This document shows positions 13,023 to 26,113 of a DNA stretch of 64,000 nt, one piece after another. The position numbers were made by a program, and so were the translations under genes. Every line of letters starts with the position of its first letter. The first letter of the stretch is position 1. The stretch spans positions 21,419,869-21,483,868 of the forward strand of contig NC_081372.1 in NCBI RefSeq assembly GCF_030684315.1, in the 5' to 3' direction. The notes under the pieces were generated by a model. The model was not told where the DNA came from, ran no database searches, and saw only the letters and a program-made list of their open reading frames with translations. The DNA comes from Stegostoma tigrinum. Taxonomy: Eukaryota.

Positions 13023-14063
13023 GTGATAATGGAGCATCTGAGCCCACCTTGAATGTTGGGTCTAATGGCCTATCTCCTTAACAACTTAAGGAGAGAGAAA
13101 GAAACTGAGTGAATGGTACTGAAGGGAATAGGATAAATTATAGTCAAATTAGAACAGTGGCAGAATTGGATTCCAAGAAATACGGAAAGGAAGGCAAAAA
13201 AAAACAACTTAAAGATTAAAATCATATGTTAAAAAGCTTTGAGAAACAATTTGCTACCCACAGAATGTGCAGTCTGATTTCAAATATTTTAATTTTAATT
13301 TCAAGGTCAAGTGCCACGTGTCATTAAGAGGGAGCTTACAGCATGAAAGACTGTATCCAGATTCATTCACAGTTACAGCATAAACTCAAAAATTCCTATG
13401 GCTTTGTGAGGTAATCAGTGATGAGTTCCTATTCATTTGTAGCTAATGATTGAGGGAGATAATTCTTGAAGCAACTTGTAGCAATTTGAAAATCCTAGCA
13501 CAGGTTTGATTGGTCACAGGTACCTGGATACTTCATACCCTAATAATTTGATTTGATTTAAGCTGTATTGTCATATGTACTCAAGTACAGGAGTACAGTG
13601 AAAAGTGTGCAATTTCACCACACATGGTGCCATCTTAGATACAAAGGTAGCTAGGCACAAAACTTAGGTACTTTAGTAATACACGGAAAATAAAGTTGAA
13701 AGTAAAGCAATGCTGTTTTTTTTGGCATACGCAGAAAAATAAAGAAATAATATTAAAAGTTGACATTTTTGTCCTTCCCAGTATTAAATGGAAAAATAAA
13801 GGAATAAAGCTAGAATTTCAACAGGTGACTTGAACTTGCCACTATATTTCTAGCAATTTCTGGATTTTTGTTTATTTTGTTTCTCAGCCCCAGGTCCTAC
13901 ACGGTAGGGCCTCCCTCCCACCCTCCTCCTCTAACCTAATTAAGAGTCCACAGGCTCACAGCAAACACACAAGGGCTGAGGGAAGTGCCTGGTGAGTAAA
14001 GTGGGAGTTTTCGGCAAAGAGGCTCAGTGAGGAGATTACGCCACTGTTGAAGAGGGTGAAGAC

Positions 14064-14990
14064 ATGACTGTCAAGCTGATTCAGTGTACTGCGTGCATGA
14101 TGTGGGAGGTCAGGGACACTGATGATGCTTCTGGCTCCTATAGCTGTGGTAAGTGTGTACACATTTAGCTTCTGAAGGAGGTTGTTGCAGCACGGAAGAA
14201 AGAACTAGAAGACCTCAGGCTCATCGGAGAGAATGAGAATTTTCTGGACAGGACCTTCAGCAAGGTCACTACACCGAGGATACCAGAAGAGAGAAGGGGG
14301 ATGTCGATGACAAAGGAAGACATGAATGAAGTACAAGAGACCCCAGGGGAAGCACCTATTGTAAACAGGCTGACTGTCTTGGAAACTGCCGAGACAGATG
14401 ACACTGCCAGTCCGAGATGTGGACAGGTCTGCGAGTCAAAAATTGCTGTAGAGGCAGAGCCGAGAAGTCAGACATCACGGAGAGCTGTGGTAATAGGGGA
14501 CTCCATTGTGAGAGGGACTGACAGGGGTTTCTGCGGCAACAGGCAAGATTTGAGGATGGTGTGTTGCCTTCCTGGTGCCAGGATCCAGGACGTCACTGAT
14601 AGAGTGCAGAGAATCCTTGAGGGCGAAGGTGAATAGCCAGAGGTGGTGGTGCATGTTGGCACTAATGACATCGGGAAGAAAAGGAGGAGCATTCTACAGC
14701 AGGACTTCAGAGAACTCGGAAGAAGGCTGCAAAGCAGGACTTCCAGGGTGGTTATCTCTGTTTTGCTTCCAGTTCCTCGGGCTGGAGAGGGCAGGAACAG
14801 AGAGATAATGGACCTGAATGTGTGGCTGAGGGACTGGTGTCGGAAGCGAGGATTTAAATTCTTGGATTACTGGGGTATGTTTTGGGGTAAGAATAAATTG
14901 TACAGGAGGGACGGTTTGCATCTTAATAATCGGGGGACCAGCTTTCTGGCAGGCAGGTTTGCCACTGCCACACAGGTGTGTTTAAACTAA
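14064..14990 (+). pseudogene. CR1 ORF1 (Cys zinc-finger/leucine zipper + SGNH esterase) with two in-frame stops
   Basis: ATG at 14064, MTVKLIQCTACMMWE...CGKC; motifs VVIGDSIVRG, VHVGTND, DGLHL. TAG at 14166-68 and 14634-36; otherwise one frame to TAA 14990. Confidence 0.88.
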
Positions 14991-15042
14991 GTAATGGGGG
15001 GAGGGGCCAAACTGGAAATTTAAGAATGAAGTTAAAGGGAAA

Positions 15043-17969
15043 GTGAGAATAAGAGACGTTAAGAAGGACAACAGAATCAACAGAGCAGAAAACTCAAGAA
15101 GGGATCATACAGTATGGCCAAGTGAAATAGGGATTGATAGGAAGGGTGAGGGGAGAAACAAATTAAAAATATATATGAATGCACGAAGCATAAGAAATAA
15201 GGTGGATGAGCTCGAGGCTCAGATGGAAATTGGCAAGTATGATGTTGTGGGGATAACTGAGGCATGGCTTAAAGTGGACAGGGCCTGGGAAATGAATATT
15301 CAAGGCTATACATGCTATCGAAAGGACAGATTGGTGGGCAGACGGGGTGGGGTAGCCCTGTTGGTGAGGAATGATATTCGGTCCCTTGCAAGGGGGAACG
15401 TAGAGTCAGGAGATGTAGAGTCAGTATGGATAGAGCTGAGAAATTCTAAGGGTAGAAAGACCCTAATGGGATTAATCTACAGGCCCCAAACAGTAGTCAG
15501 GAGGTAGGGTGCAGGTTGAATCAAGAGTTGAAATTGGCCTGTCACAAAGGTATCACTACAGTTGTTATGGGAGATTTCAACATGCGGGTAGACTGGGAGA
15601 ATCAGAATGGTACTGGACCCCAAGAAAGGGAGTTTGTAGAGTGCCTCCGAGATGGATTCTTAGAACAGCTGGTACTGGACCCTACCAGGGAGGAGGCAAT
15701 TCTGGATCTGGTGTTGTGCAATGAACCAGATTTGATCAGGGACCTCAAAGTAAAGGAGCCATTAAGAGGTAGTGACCATAATATGATAAGTTTTAATCCG
15801 CAGTTTGAGAGGGAGAAGGGACAATCGGAAGTGTCAGTATTGCAGTTGAATAAAGGGAACTATGGAGCTATGAGGGAGGAGCTGGCCAAAGTTCAGTGGT
15901 ACAATGCCCTAGCAGGGATGGCAGTGGAACAACAATGGTAGGTATTTCTGGATATAATGCAGAAGGTGCAGGATCAGTTCATTCCAAAGAGGAAGAAAGA
16001 TCCTAAGGGGAGGCGGGGGCAGCCGTGGCTGACAAGGGAAGTTAAGGACTGTATAAAAATAAAAGAGACGAAGTATAACATTGCAAAATTGAGTGGGAAG
16101 CTGGAGAACTGGGAAGCTTTTAAAGAGCAACAGCGGATAACTAAAAAAGGCAATACACAGAGAAAAAATGAGCTACGAAGGGAAACTGGGCAAAAATATA
16201 AAGGAGGATAGTAAAAGCTTTTTTAGATATGTGAAAAGAAAAAAATGGTTACGACTAAAATTGGGCCCTTGAAATCAGAAACGGGTGAATTTATTATGGG
16301 GAACAAGGAAATGACAGATGAGTTGAATGGGTACTTTGGATCTGTCTTCACTAGGGAAGACACAAGCAATCTCCCAGATGCAGTAGTGGCTGAAGGACCG
16401 AGGGTAATGGATGAACTGAAGGGTATTTATATTAGGCAGGAAATGGTGTTGGATAGACTGTTAGGTCTGAAGGCTGATAAGTCCCTGGGACCTGATGGTC
16501 TGCATCCCAGGGTACTTAAGGGGGTGGCTATAGAAATTGTGGACGCGCTGGTAATTATTTTCCAAGGTTCTATAGATTCAGGATCAGTTCCTGTAGATTG
16601 GAGGGTGGCAAATGTTGTCCCACTTTTCAAGAAAGGATGGAGAGAGAAAACAGGAAATTACAGACCGGTTAGCCTGACGTCAGTGGTGGGAAAGATGATG
16701 GAGTCAATTATAAAAGATGAAATTACGACTCATTTGGATAGCAGTAACAAAATAGGTCAGAGTCAGCATGGATTTACGAAGGGAAAATCGTGCTTGACTA
16801 ATCTTCTGGAATTTTTTGAGGATGTATCTATGAAGGTGGATAAGGGAGAGCCAGTGGATGTAGTGTACCTGGACTTTCAGAAAGCCTTTGATAAAGTCCC
16901 GCATAGGAGATTGGTGAACAAAATTAGGGCACATGGTATTGGGGACAAAATACTGAGTTGGATTGAAAATTGGCTGGCTAACAGGAAGCAAAGAGTAGTG
17001 ATAAACGGGTCCCTTTCGGAATGGCAGGCAGTGACCAGTGGGGTACCACAAGGTTCAGTGCTGGGACCGCAGCTGTTTACGATATATATTAATGATATAG
17101 ACGAAGGCTTTAGAAGTAATATTAGCAAATTTGCTGATGACACCAAGTTGGGTGGCAGTGTGAAATGTGAGGAGGATGTTATTAGAATACAGGGTGACTT
17201 GGACAGGCTAGGCGAGTGGACGGATGCATGGCAGGTACAGTTTAATGTGGATAAATGTGTGGTTATACACTTTGGTGGCAAGAACAGGAAGGCAGATTAC
17301 TATCTCAATGGAGTCAAGTTAGGTAAAGGGGAAGCACAACGAGATCTAGGTGTTCTTGTACATCAGTCAATGAAAACAAGCATGCAGGTACAGCAGGTAG
17401 TGAAGAAAGCTAATAGCATGCTGGCCTTCATCACAAGAGGAATTGAGTATAGGAGCAAAGAGGCCCTTCTGCAGCTGTACAGGGCCCTGGTGAGACCGCA
17501 CCTAGAGTATTGTGTGCAGTTTTGGTCTCCCAATTTGAGGAAGGACATTCTTGCTATTGAGGGAGTGCAGCGTAGGTTCACAAGGTCAATTCCCGGAATG
17601 GCAGGACTATCATATGTTGAAAGATTGGAGCGACTGGGCTTGTATACACTTGAGTTTAGAAGGATGAGAGGGGATCTGATTGAGACGTATAAGTTTATTA
17701 AGGGATTGGACACTGTGGAGGCATGAAGCATGTTTCCGCTGATGGGTGAGTCCAGAACCAGAGGACACGGTTTAAAAATAAAGGGTAGGCCATTTAGAAC
17801 AGAGTTGAGGAAAAACTTCTTCACCCAGAGAGTGGTGGATACATGGAATGCTCTGCCCCAGAAGGCAAAAAAAGGCCAATCTCTGGATGCTTTCAAGAAA
17901 GAGATAGACAGAGCTCTTAAAGATAGTGGAATCAAGGGTTATGGGGATAAGGCAGGAACAGGATACTGA
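15043..17969 (+). pseudogene. CR1 ORF2 (APE endonuclease + reverse transcriptase), disrupted
   Basis: YMNARS, ITEAWL, MGDFN, GSDH (APE); [26 protein letters not shown] (RT). Stops at 15939-41 and 17724-26; frameshifts near 15485, 16145 and 16240. Confidence 0.92.
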
Positions 17970-18819
17970 TTGTGGATGATCAGCCATGATCATAATGAAT
18001 GGTGGTGCTGGCTCGAGGGGCCGTATGGCCTACTCCAGCACCTATTGTCTATTGTCTATTGTCTATTATTTCCTTTCCCATCTGCAGAAACATTACAAAC
18101 CAGCAGTAATTTTACTTTGGAATTAAAGAGTTCTGAAAGCTATGGTTTTCAGAAAGCTTTTTACAAGTACAAATGTTTATTGGCCTTGATATGCTGTCAA
18201 CTTGCAATGTCATAATTTATATCCAACCAACAACCACAAGAGACCCATTTATAAAGAGAAGACTCAACACAAATTGAATGGATCCAAATTCTAATCTCAT
18301 GTGCAAGAATCCATAGATAGATCCAAAGTGAAAATGTTTGCTCTGAGTTACATGTACGACATTAGTTTACCTTCTGTTGGAGAGTTTGCCCCAAAGCAAC
18401 AAATATTGGTTATTGGGCACATGCACTTTGCATGATTTTCTGACCATAGGTTTAAATTGTTTGGCTGTGAGATGCATAAAATTGGAGAGTTTCCCTATTG
18501 TGTAAAAAGAGCAATCGCTAGTCAGATTGCCGTAGTTACCAATGTTAAGAAAGTGAGATTATAATAAGTCTCAGATTCTCCAGCATCGGCAGTTCCCACT
18601 ATCTCTGAATCAGTCATGCACTTTACTCCCCTCCTTCGCCTCGGACACCTGCAGTTCACTGAGTCACATCCACCTTATTGCACTTGAATACATTAAAAAA
18701 AATGATGAAAATCATCAATATTAATGATGTATTTATCTGTTGATTCCTCCAATGTTGTGGATCCATTGTTGTTTATATCTAGGAATCCTTTTTAGCAATG
18801 TAATTCAGTTGCTTAGTTA

Positions 18820-18951
18820 AAACCAAAAGAACTGTGGATACTGTAAATCAGTAAGAAAACAGAAGTAGCTGGAAAAGCTCAGCAGGTCTGGCAGCATCTG
18901 AGAAGAAAAAATCAGAGTTAATGTTTTGGGTCCAATGACCCTTCCTCAGAA

Positions 18952-18952
<1 letters not shown>
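18820..18952 (-). repeat. Short Penelope-terminus-like repeat; hammerhead with GAAA mutated
   Basis: Minus strand reads CTGAGGA-agggtcattggaccc-AAAA-CATT-AACT, with CpG-type changes in the core. Confidence 0.75.

Positions 18953-18955
<3 letters not shown>

Positions 18956-19017
<62 letters not shown>
18956..19017. repeat. (GT)31 microsatellite
   Basis: Seen directly. Confidence 0.97.
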
Positions 19018-19021
<4 letters not shown>

Positions 19022-20129
19022 CATAGAATCCCTACAGTTTGGAACAAGTCCACACTGCCCTTCTGAAGAGCATCCCACTCTGGCTAAATCCCCTACCTCT
19101 CCATTTCCTCGTGCTGTTGAATGAGAGAAATGAGTGATTATGCACAAAGATTCAGAGAGGGTACATGGAGAATTCAGGGGTATTTCAGCACCAGAATGGG
19201 TTACAAATGCTTGGATGATGTGAAGTGAAGAATGGAAAATAATTTTAAAATATAATGTTATAATGATCAAGCCTTGAAGAGAGTTGAATGGTAGATGGAT
19301 TGAGGTATAAACAAAAGAATGCCATGTTACAGTGCTAGAAATAGCCTGTCCTTATTATAGGAAGAATTTGGAGTCAGAAGTTCAGGTTGAATTTAAGTCA
19401 GATTCCAAGGTTACAAGGAGCCTTGCTCTGCTTTAAAAAAATGACCAGGAGTGAGTAAGTGATATGGGAACAGTAATTAAGATGGGGTGAACTATTGCTT
19501 CTCAATACTTAGCTGATGGAAATAGCATTTCATTGGAGATTTGAGGCAGAATTTCTGTACCAGTGGGTTCCAGTGTGTGCAAAATGGTAAATTCAAAAAA
19601 GTGGCATCAGGAAAGGACCCCCTCATCATCCCCCCTTTTCCCCATAGCAGGGAAAAGTCCTGCCGGGAATACCCACTGATCTGGTGGGAAAGCAATTGAG
19701 GAGGTTGAAAAGGCAATTAAGACCTTTTGTAGTCATGATTTGTATCTTTCCCAATTGTGCACAACTTCTGCCATTCCAGAGTAACAGAGGAAAGGACAGG
19801 CTTCAATCAGTTATGCAAAATAACTGGAGCCTTGGCTATTGAGTGACTGCTGCTCAAAGCATCTTTCCTTTCCAAAAATGTAATTACTACATGGAAGACA
19901 TATCATCTGTCCAGCACTTCACTTACCTTCAGCTACATGCATGATGACAGCCCTCAGTATGACAACATAGCAGCTTCAGCAACTCTAATGTAAACATGTG
20001 CAGAGGGTCAACAGCAAAAGCCTTACCACAGCAACAGCAGCAGCCACATCCACAGTAATACTACTTGCCTTCTTCTCAATTGAATACTCCTCCACAGGGC
20101 ACAGGAAACAGAAAGCAAAACACAGTTTT

Positions 20130-23100
20130 ATTTTTATTCACTCATGGGATGTGGGTGTCTCTAGCTGAGCCTGTCCCTAGTTGCTCTTGAGAAGATGGCT
20201 GTCAGCCAATTTCTGTTGGTAGATCCACAATTCCGCTCAGGAGGGAATTCCAGGATTTTGACGCACCTACACTGAAGAAACAGTGATATATTTCCAAGTC
20301 AGGGTGATGAATGGCTTGGAAAGGAGCTTGCAGTTGGTGGGGTTCCCATTTAACTGCTGTCTTTGCCCTTCTAGGTGGAAGTGATCATGGGTTTGGAAGG
20401 TGCTGACTAAGTATGGACCTTGGTGAATTTCTGGAATGCATCTTGTAGACATTAGACATTGTTTCTACTGAATGTCAGTGGTGGAGAGGGTGGATGCTTG
20501 TGGATGGGGTGCTAGTGAAGTGGAGTGCTTTGTCCTGGATAGTGTCAAGCTTCTTGAGTGTTGTTAGAACTGTACCATTCCAGGCAAATGGAGATTATTG
20601 CATCATTCTCCTGATTTATGCTTTGCAGATGGTGGACAGGCTTTGGGGAGTTAGGATATGAGTTACTCAATATAGTTTTGCTAGCCTATGTCCTGCTTTT
20701 GTAGCCACTGTGTTTATGTGGTGAGTACAGTTGAGGTTCTGGTAAATGGTAACCCCCAAGATGTTGAAAGTGAGAGATTCAGTAATGGTAACACTGTCGA
20801 ATGGCAAGGAGTGGTGGTTAGGTTGTGTTTTACAGGAGATGCTCATTGCTTGGCATTTGTGTGACACATATGTTACTTGCCATTTGTTAGCCTAAGCTGG
20901 TATATTGTCCAGGTTTTGATGCATTTGAAAATGGATTCTTTCATTATTTGCAGAGTCTCAAATGATGCTAAATATTTTGCAATTGTCTGCAAACATCCCA
21001 CACCAAACCTAATGATGGAGAGGTCACTGATGAAGCACTTGAAAATGTTTTGACCTAGGACATTACCCTGAGAGATGTCCCACAACTGAGATGACTGACC
21101 TCCAACAATCACAACCATCTTCCTCTGTGCCAGGTATGACTCCAACCTGATTCCAGTTTTACTAAGGTTCCTTGATGTCGTATTCAGTTGAATTAATCCT
21201 TGATGTCAAAGGTTGTCAGTCTCTCCTCACATCTGGAATCCTGCTCTTTTGCAATCAGATACAAAATTGGCTTGACAGTAGGATACAGTGGGTGGTGGTA
21301 GAGGGTTGTTGTTCATCTGCAGGCTTGTGGCCAGCTGTGTGCCACAGGGATCAGTGCTGGGTCCACTCTTGTTGATCATTTATATGAGTGATTTGAATGA
21401 GAATATAGGAGGTATAGTTACTGGGTTTGCAGTTGATTCCAAAATTGGTGGTATAGTGGACAATAAAGAAGGTTACGTAAGAATACAATGGATTCTTGAT
21501 CAACTGACTCTGTGGTCTGAGGAATAGCAGGTAGAGTTTAATTTAGATAAGTGTGAGGTGTTGCACCGGTAAGAAAAGCCGAGGCAAGACTTACACTGTT
21601 AATGGTAGAGCCCTGGGGAGTGTAGTTGAACACTGAGATGTAGGGATGCAGATACACAGTTCCTTAAAAGTGGAATCACAGGTAGACAGGATAGTAAAGA
21701 AGGCATTTGGCATGCTTGCCTTCATCAGTCAGAGCATTGTTTACAGGAGTTGGAACACCATGTTATGTTGGTAACATTGGTGAGGACATTTCTGGAGTTC
21801 TGCGTACAATTCAAGCCACCCTGCTATAGGAAGAATGTTATTGAATTGGACAGGGTGCAAAAAAATACTTACAAGGATATTATCAAGACTGGAGGACTTG
21901 AGCTGTAAGGAGACGCTGGATAGACTGGGACATTTTGCCCTGAAGTACAGATGCTGAGGAGTGACCTTATGGAAGGTTATTAAATGACAAAGGGTATGGA
22001 TAAGGTCATTAGCCAAAGTATTTTCCCCAGGGTAGGGGAGACTAAAACAAGAGGGTATAGGTTTAGGATGAGATGGGAAAGATTTAAAAGGGACATGAGG
22101 GGCAACTGTCCACACAGAGAGTGATGCATATATGAAACGAGCTGCCACAGGTAGTGGTAGAATCAGGTACAATTACAATAATTAAAAGATATTTGGACAG
22201 GAACATGGAGAGGAAAGGTTTAGAGAGACATGGGCCAAATGCAGGTATATGGGATATAGTTTGGTTTTGGAAACGTGGTCAGCACAGTAGAGTTGGACTG
22301 AAGGACTCTTTCCATGCTGTATGGCTGTTCGACTCCACGACAGTCAGAGCTGAGTGGCCCTGACAAAACTCAAACTGGACATCACTGAGCAGGTTATTGC
22401 TGAGTAGGTGCTGTTTGTTAGCACTGTTGATGACACCTTCCATCACTTTACTGATGATCAAGAGTAGATCGATGGGGTGGTAATTAGTTGGGTTGGATTG
22501 GTCCTGTTTTTTATATACAGGACATGCATGGGCAATTTTCCACATTGTTGAGTAGATGCCAGTTTTGAAACTGTATTGGAAGAGCTTGGCTAGGGGAGCA
22601 GCAAGTTTTGGAGCATATGTCTTCAATACTATTGTTACACTATTGTCAGTGCCCATGGCCTTTGTAGTATCCAGCACCTCCAACCATTTGCTGATGTCAC
22701 ATGGAGTGAACAGAATTGGATTCTGCGCTGCTTAGACCACTGGACGAAGCCAAAATGGATCATGCATTTGGCATTTCTGGCTGAAGATCCATGTGAAAGC
22801 GCATCTTTTGTGCTGATGTGTTGAGCTTTTCATCTTTGAGGATGGAATTACTTGTGGTGGCTCCTGCTGCAGTGGATTGTTTGATCACGCACCACCTTTC
22901 ACGACTGGATGTGGCAGGACTGCAGAGCTTAGAACTGATTCGTTGGTGGTGGGTCGCTTTATCTCTGTTTATATTTGCTGCTTATACTGTTTGGCATACA
23001 AATAGTCCTGTTTGTTACTTAACTAGGTTGTCACCTCATTTTCAGATATGCCTGGTACTGCTCCTGGCCTCCACTCCTGCACTTTCCATCAAACCAGGGT

Positions 23101-24170
23101 TGATCCCTGGCTTGATGGTGATGGTTCAGTGCGGGATATGCCAGGCCATGATGTTGCAGCTTGTGCTGGAGTATAGTCTGCTGCTGTTGATGATCCACAG
23201 CGCCTCATGGATGCCCAGTCTTCAGTTGCCAGACCTGTTCAAATTCTGTCCCATTTAGCGCAGTGATATTGACACACAACACAATGGAGGGTATTCTCAA
23301 TGTGGAAGCAGAGCGTTGTCTTCATAAGGACTGTGTAGCAGTCATTCTTACACTTACTGTCATGGATAGACACATCTGTGGTTAGCAGATTAGTAGGGAT
23401 GAGGACAAGTATGTTTTTTCCTCTTGTTGGCTCCCTCATCACCTGCCGCAGACACAGTCAAGCAGCTATGTCCTTTAGGACACAACCAGCTCGATTAGTA
23501 GAACTGCTGCTGAGCCACTCTTGGTGGTCGACATTGTAATCCCCCACCCAGAATACATTTGCACTCACATCACCTTCAATGCATCCTCCAAGTGTGGTTG
23601 AACATGGAGGTATATTGATTCATCAGACAAGACAACAGCTGGTAATCAGCAGGAGATTTCCTCATCCAAGTTTAACCTGCAGCCATGAGAATTCCTGGAG
23701 TCAAAAGTCAATGTTGAGGATTTGCAGGGCAACTCTCTCCTGACTACATAACATGGTGCCATCACATCTGCTGAGTTTGTCCTGCTGGTGGGACAGGACA
23801 TATCCAAGAGTGTTGACGCTAGTGCCTTGGACATTGTCAGTCAGGTATGATTCTGTGAGTGTGGCTATGTCAGACTGTTGCTTGACTACTCTCTGACAAC
23901 TATCCCAATTTTGGCACTAGCTTCCAAATGTTAGTGAGGAGGACTTTGCAGTGTCAGTAGGGCTGTTTTTGCCATTGTCATTTCTGGTGTCTAGTTTGAT
24001 ATCATGTGGTTCATTCAGTTTCATTTTTTTGTTGAAGACTTCATAGCGATTGTCACAACTGAGTGGCTTGCCAGGCCATTTCAGAGGGCAGTTGAGAGTC
24101 AACCATATTGCTGTGGTCTGGAGTCACATGTAGGCCAGACCAGGTAAAGCTGGTAGATTTCCTTGAAGGA
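20130..24170 (-). mobile_element. Largely complete but degenerate family-B LINE (APE + RT, no visible ORF1), interrupted by a CR1
   Basis: Minus strand: KVLLTNIW..., LTESYL (APE start, about 23950-23850); REPTRGKNIL (23239-23442); RT N-terminus KAMGTD...WKIAH.CPVYKK...NYHPI.LL.IISKVME (22279-22683); tail tttttattcactcatgggatgtggg at about 20130. Confidence 0.85.
21251..22337 (+). mobile_element. 5'-truncated CR1 nested inside the family-B LINE
   Basis: VPQGSVLGP (21288-21527) through to the 3' tail tgggactgaaggactctttccatgctgtatggct; opposite orientation to the host. Confidence 0.87.
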
Positions 24171-26113
24171 GGTCAAATATACACCAACACCACCATCCTC
24201 CCCACCCCCCACCCCTCCAATGCAAAGTCTACAAGCAGAGGAGTAACTCTCTTGGTACATTTGAGCGCTAGTACCTGAGGAGGCTCAACCTCTTGTAAGA
24301 CGGGCATGCCATGGCTGATATCTACACCCTCCTGGAACAAGGCCTCCTTCTTAGTGTAGTAAGTGGGCTCACATTGCCAAAGGCCAACAATATAGTTGTC
24401 ATTGGAGGCCAAACAACCCTTCACTCCAGTCTCTGCTTCAGACCAAGTTGTGCCCCTCTCTTCTGTAAAGAGAGTGAGCAGAGGTCTGTGAGTGAGAGCT
24501 CATAAAGTGTTGTGTGCAGCGGAGAGAAGGCCAATATTCATAGATGGTGATTGTGAGGCAGGGATGCAAGAGGTCAATAGGATGACACCAAGTGTGGATG
24601 CTGGCTGTGATGTTGAATAAATGACTGGAGAGGTAGGAATTGTAAATCATTTTGTCTTGAGGAGCATTATGCAGCAGAATTCTGGGAAAATCAGAGAGTG
24701 GAGCTTGTCACCTGAATATGTTAAGCCAGTCACATCCCTCTGATGTCTTGGCATGCTATCTCTAGGGTGGAGAGGTCTACTGTTAAGCTCCTTGACCAGA
24801 TCCATTTACAGCTGATTGTTTGGAGGGTGTGATCTCTCCCTCCCAACCTTGTGAAATTTCACCTCAAAGCAGTTCCTCAGAACTCACAACTCGACATCCA
24901 GAATTGAAGAGAGACTCAGGGGCAACCATCCTGGATCTCTTCTCCCTTCCTGTAGTTGCTGCAGCTCCACTTACCAGAGAGCCATCCTAACTTACGCTGT
25001 GGCTTTTCTCCCAGACTCACAGGGAATCACAGAGGTGTTATGATACTGAAGGAAGCCATTCAGCCCATTGTTCCTGCACTGATTTGTTAAATGTGTATAA
25101 TTATCTTGTGCCAATCTCCTGCTTTTTCCTCAGACCCATGCACATTATTCACATATAAATAATCATCCTAGCACTCTTGAATATTTCAATTGTACCTTTC
25201 ACCACATTTCCAGGCATTACATTCCATTAATTCAGAAAATTCTTCCATTAACAGGCTTGACTGCTCATTCTGATCTGTCTGAACTGCCGGAACTGGAAGT
25301 AAAATGATAATGTCTTTGCTCTGGGAAAGAATCTTGGCAAAGTCTGTGAAGTAAAACCCGTGTACCCAGCCTGAAAATGGTCATGTTGTTCCAGCATGAA
25401 CTAAGTGGACAAGATTGTCTCCTTGATGTCAGACAAAGATGAGGAGCAAGCAAAAACACAATTCCTTGGAGCATATCCAAGACGTACAGGTTGGGGAAAG
25501 AAGATAATATTAGCTTTGGCTATGATGGATTTGTAGAAATATAGTTAAACATCCTGACAACATTGGATATGAGAGGAACAGGAAGAGAAAAACTGAATTG
25601 CACTATGATCATGTTCAGAGTTTGTGGTTTTGGTTAGGGCTCTACAGAGCGATTCAAAATTTTATTGCTTATACAAAAATAGGTGGAATTGTGAATGGTG
25701 AAGAGGAAGTAAAGACACTTCACTGTGATTTAAACAAGTTGTGTAAGTGAGCAAATGCAAACAAGGGAAGTAGATAAGTGTGAAGCTGCCCAGAAAAACG
25801 GAATGGCAGGTTATTATTTAAATGGTGATGGATGGAGAAATATACAATGACATGTTTATACATCAGTCATTGTAGGCAAGCATGCACATTCAACAAGCAA
25901 CTAGGAAGGCAAATGGTCTTATTGTAAGAGGGTTTGAATACAGGAGCAAGGATATCTTACTGTAGCTTGGTATAGGATATTGGTGAGACCACACCTGGAG
26001 TATTGTTTGCAGTTTTGCTTTCCTTAATTAAGAAAAGATTTATTTGGCATAGAGGAAGTGCAGTGAAGGTTCAACAGACTGATTCCTAGATTGGCAGGTT
26101 TGTTGCAAAAAGC

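Larger units (their letters stand above)
13885..18067 (+). mobile_element. Near full-length CR1 (HER1-like) LINE, about 4.2 kb
   Basis: 5' UTR, ORF1, ORF2 (APE + RT) and terminal (CTATTGT)n microsatellite at about 18042-18066. Confidence 0.95.

Noticed and set aside
16427-17993. Several minus-strand ORFs up to 190 aa (also 6016-6690, 10550-11008, 22818-23258, 53596-54060)
   Set aside because: Antisense shadows of LINE ORF2 or of the EMILIN3 exon.
18848-19270. 140-aa ORF with a His-Thr repeat
   Set aside because: Translation of the (GT)n microsatellite plus flanking repeats.
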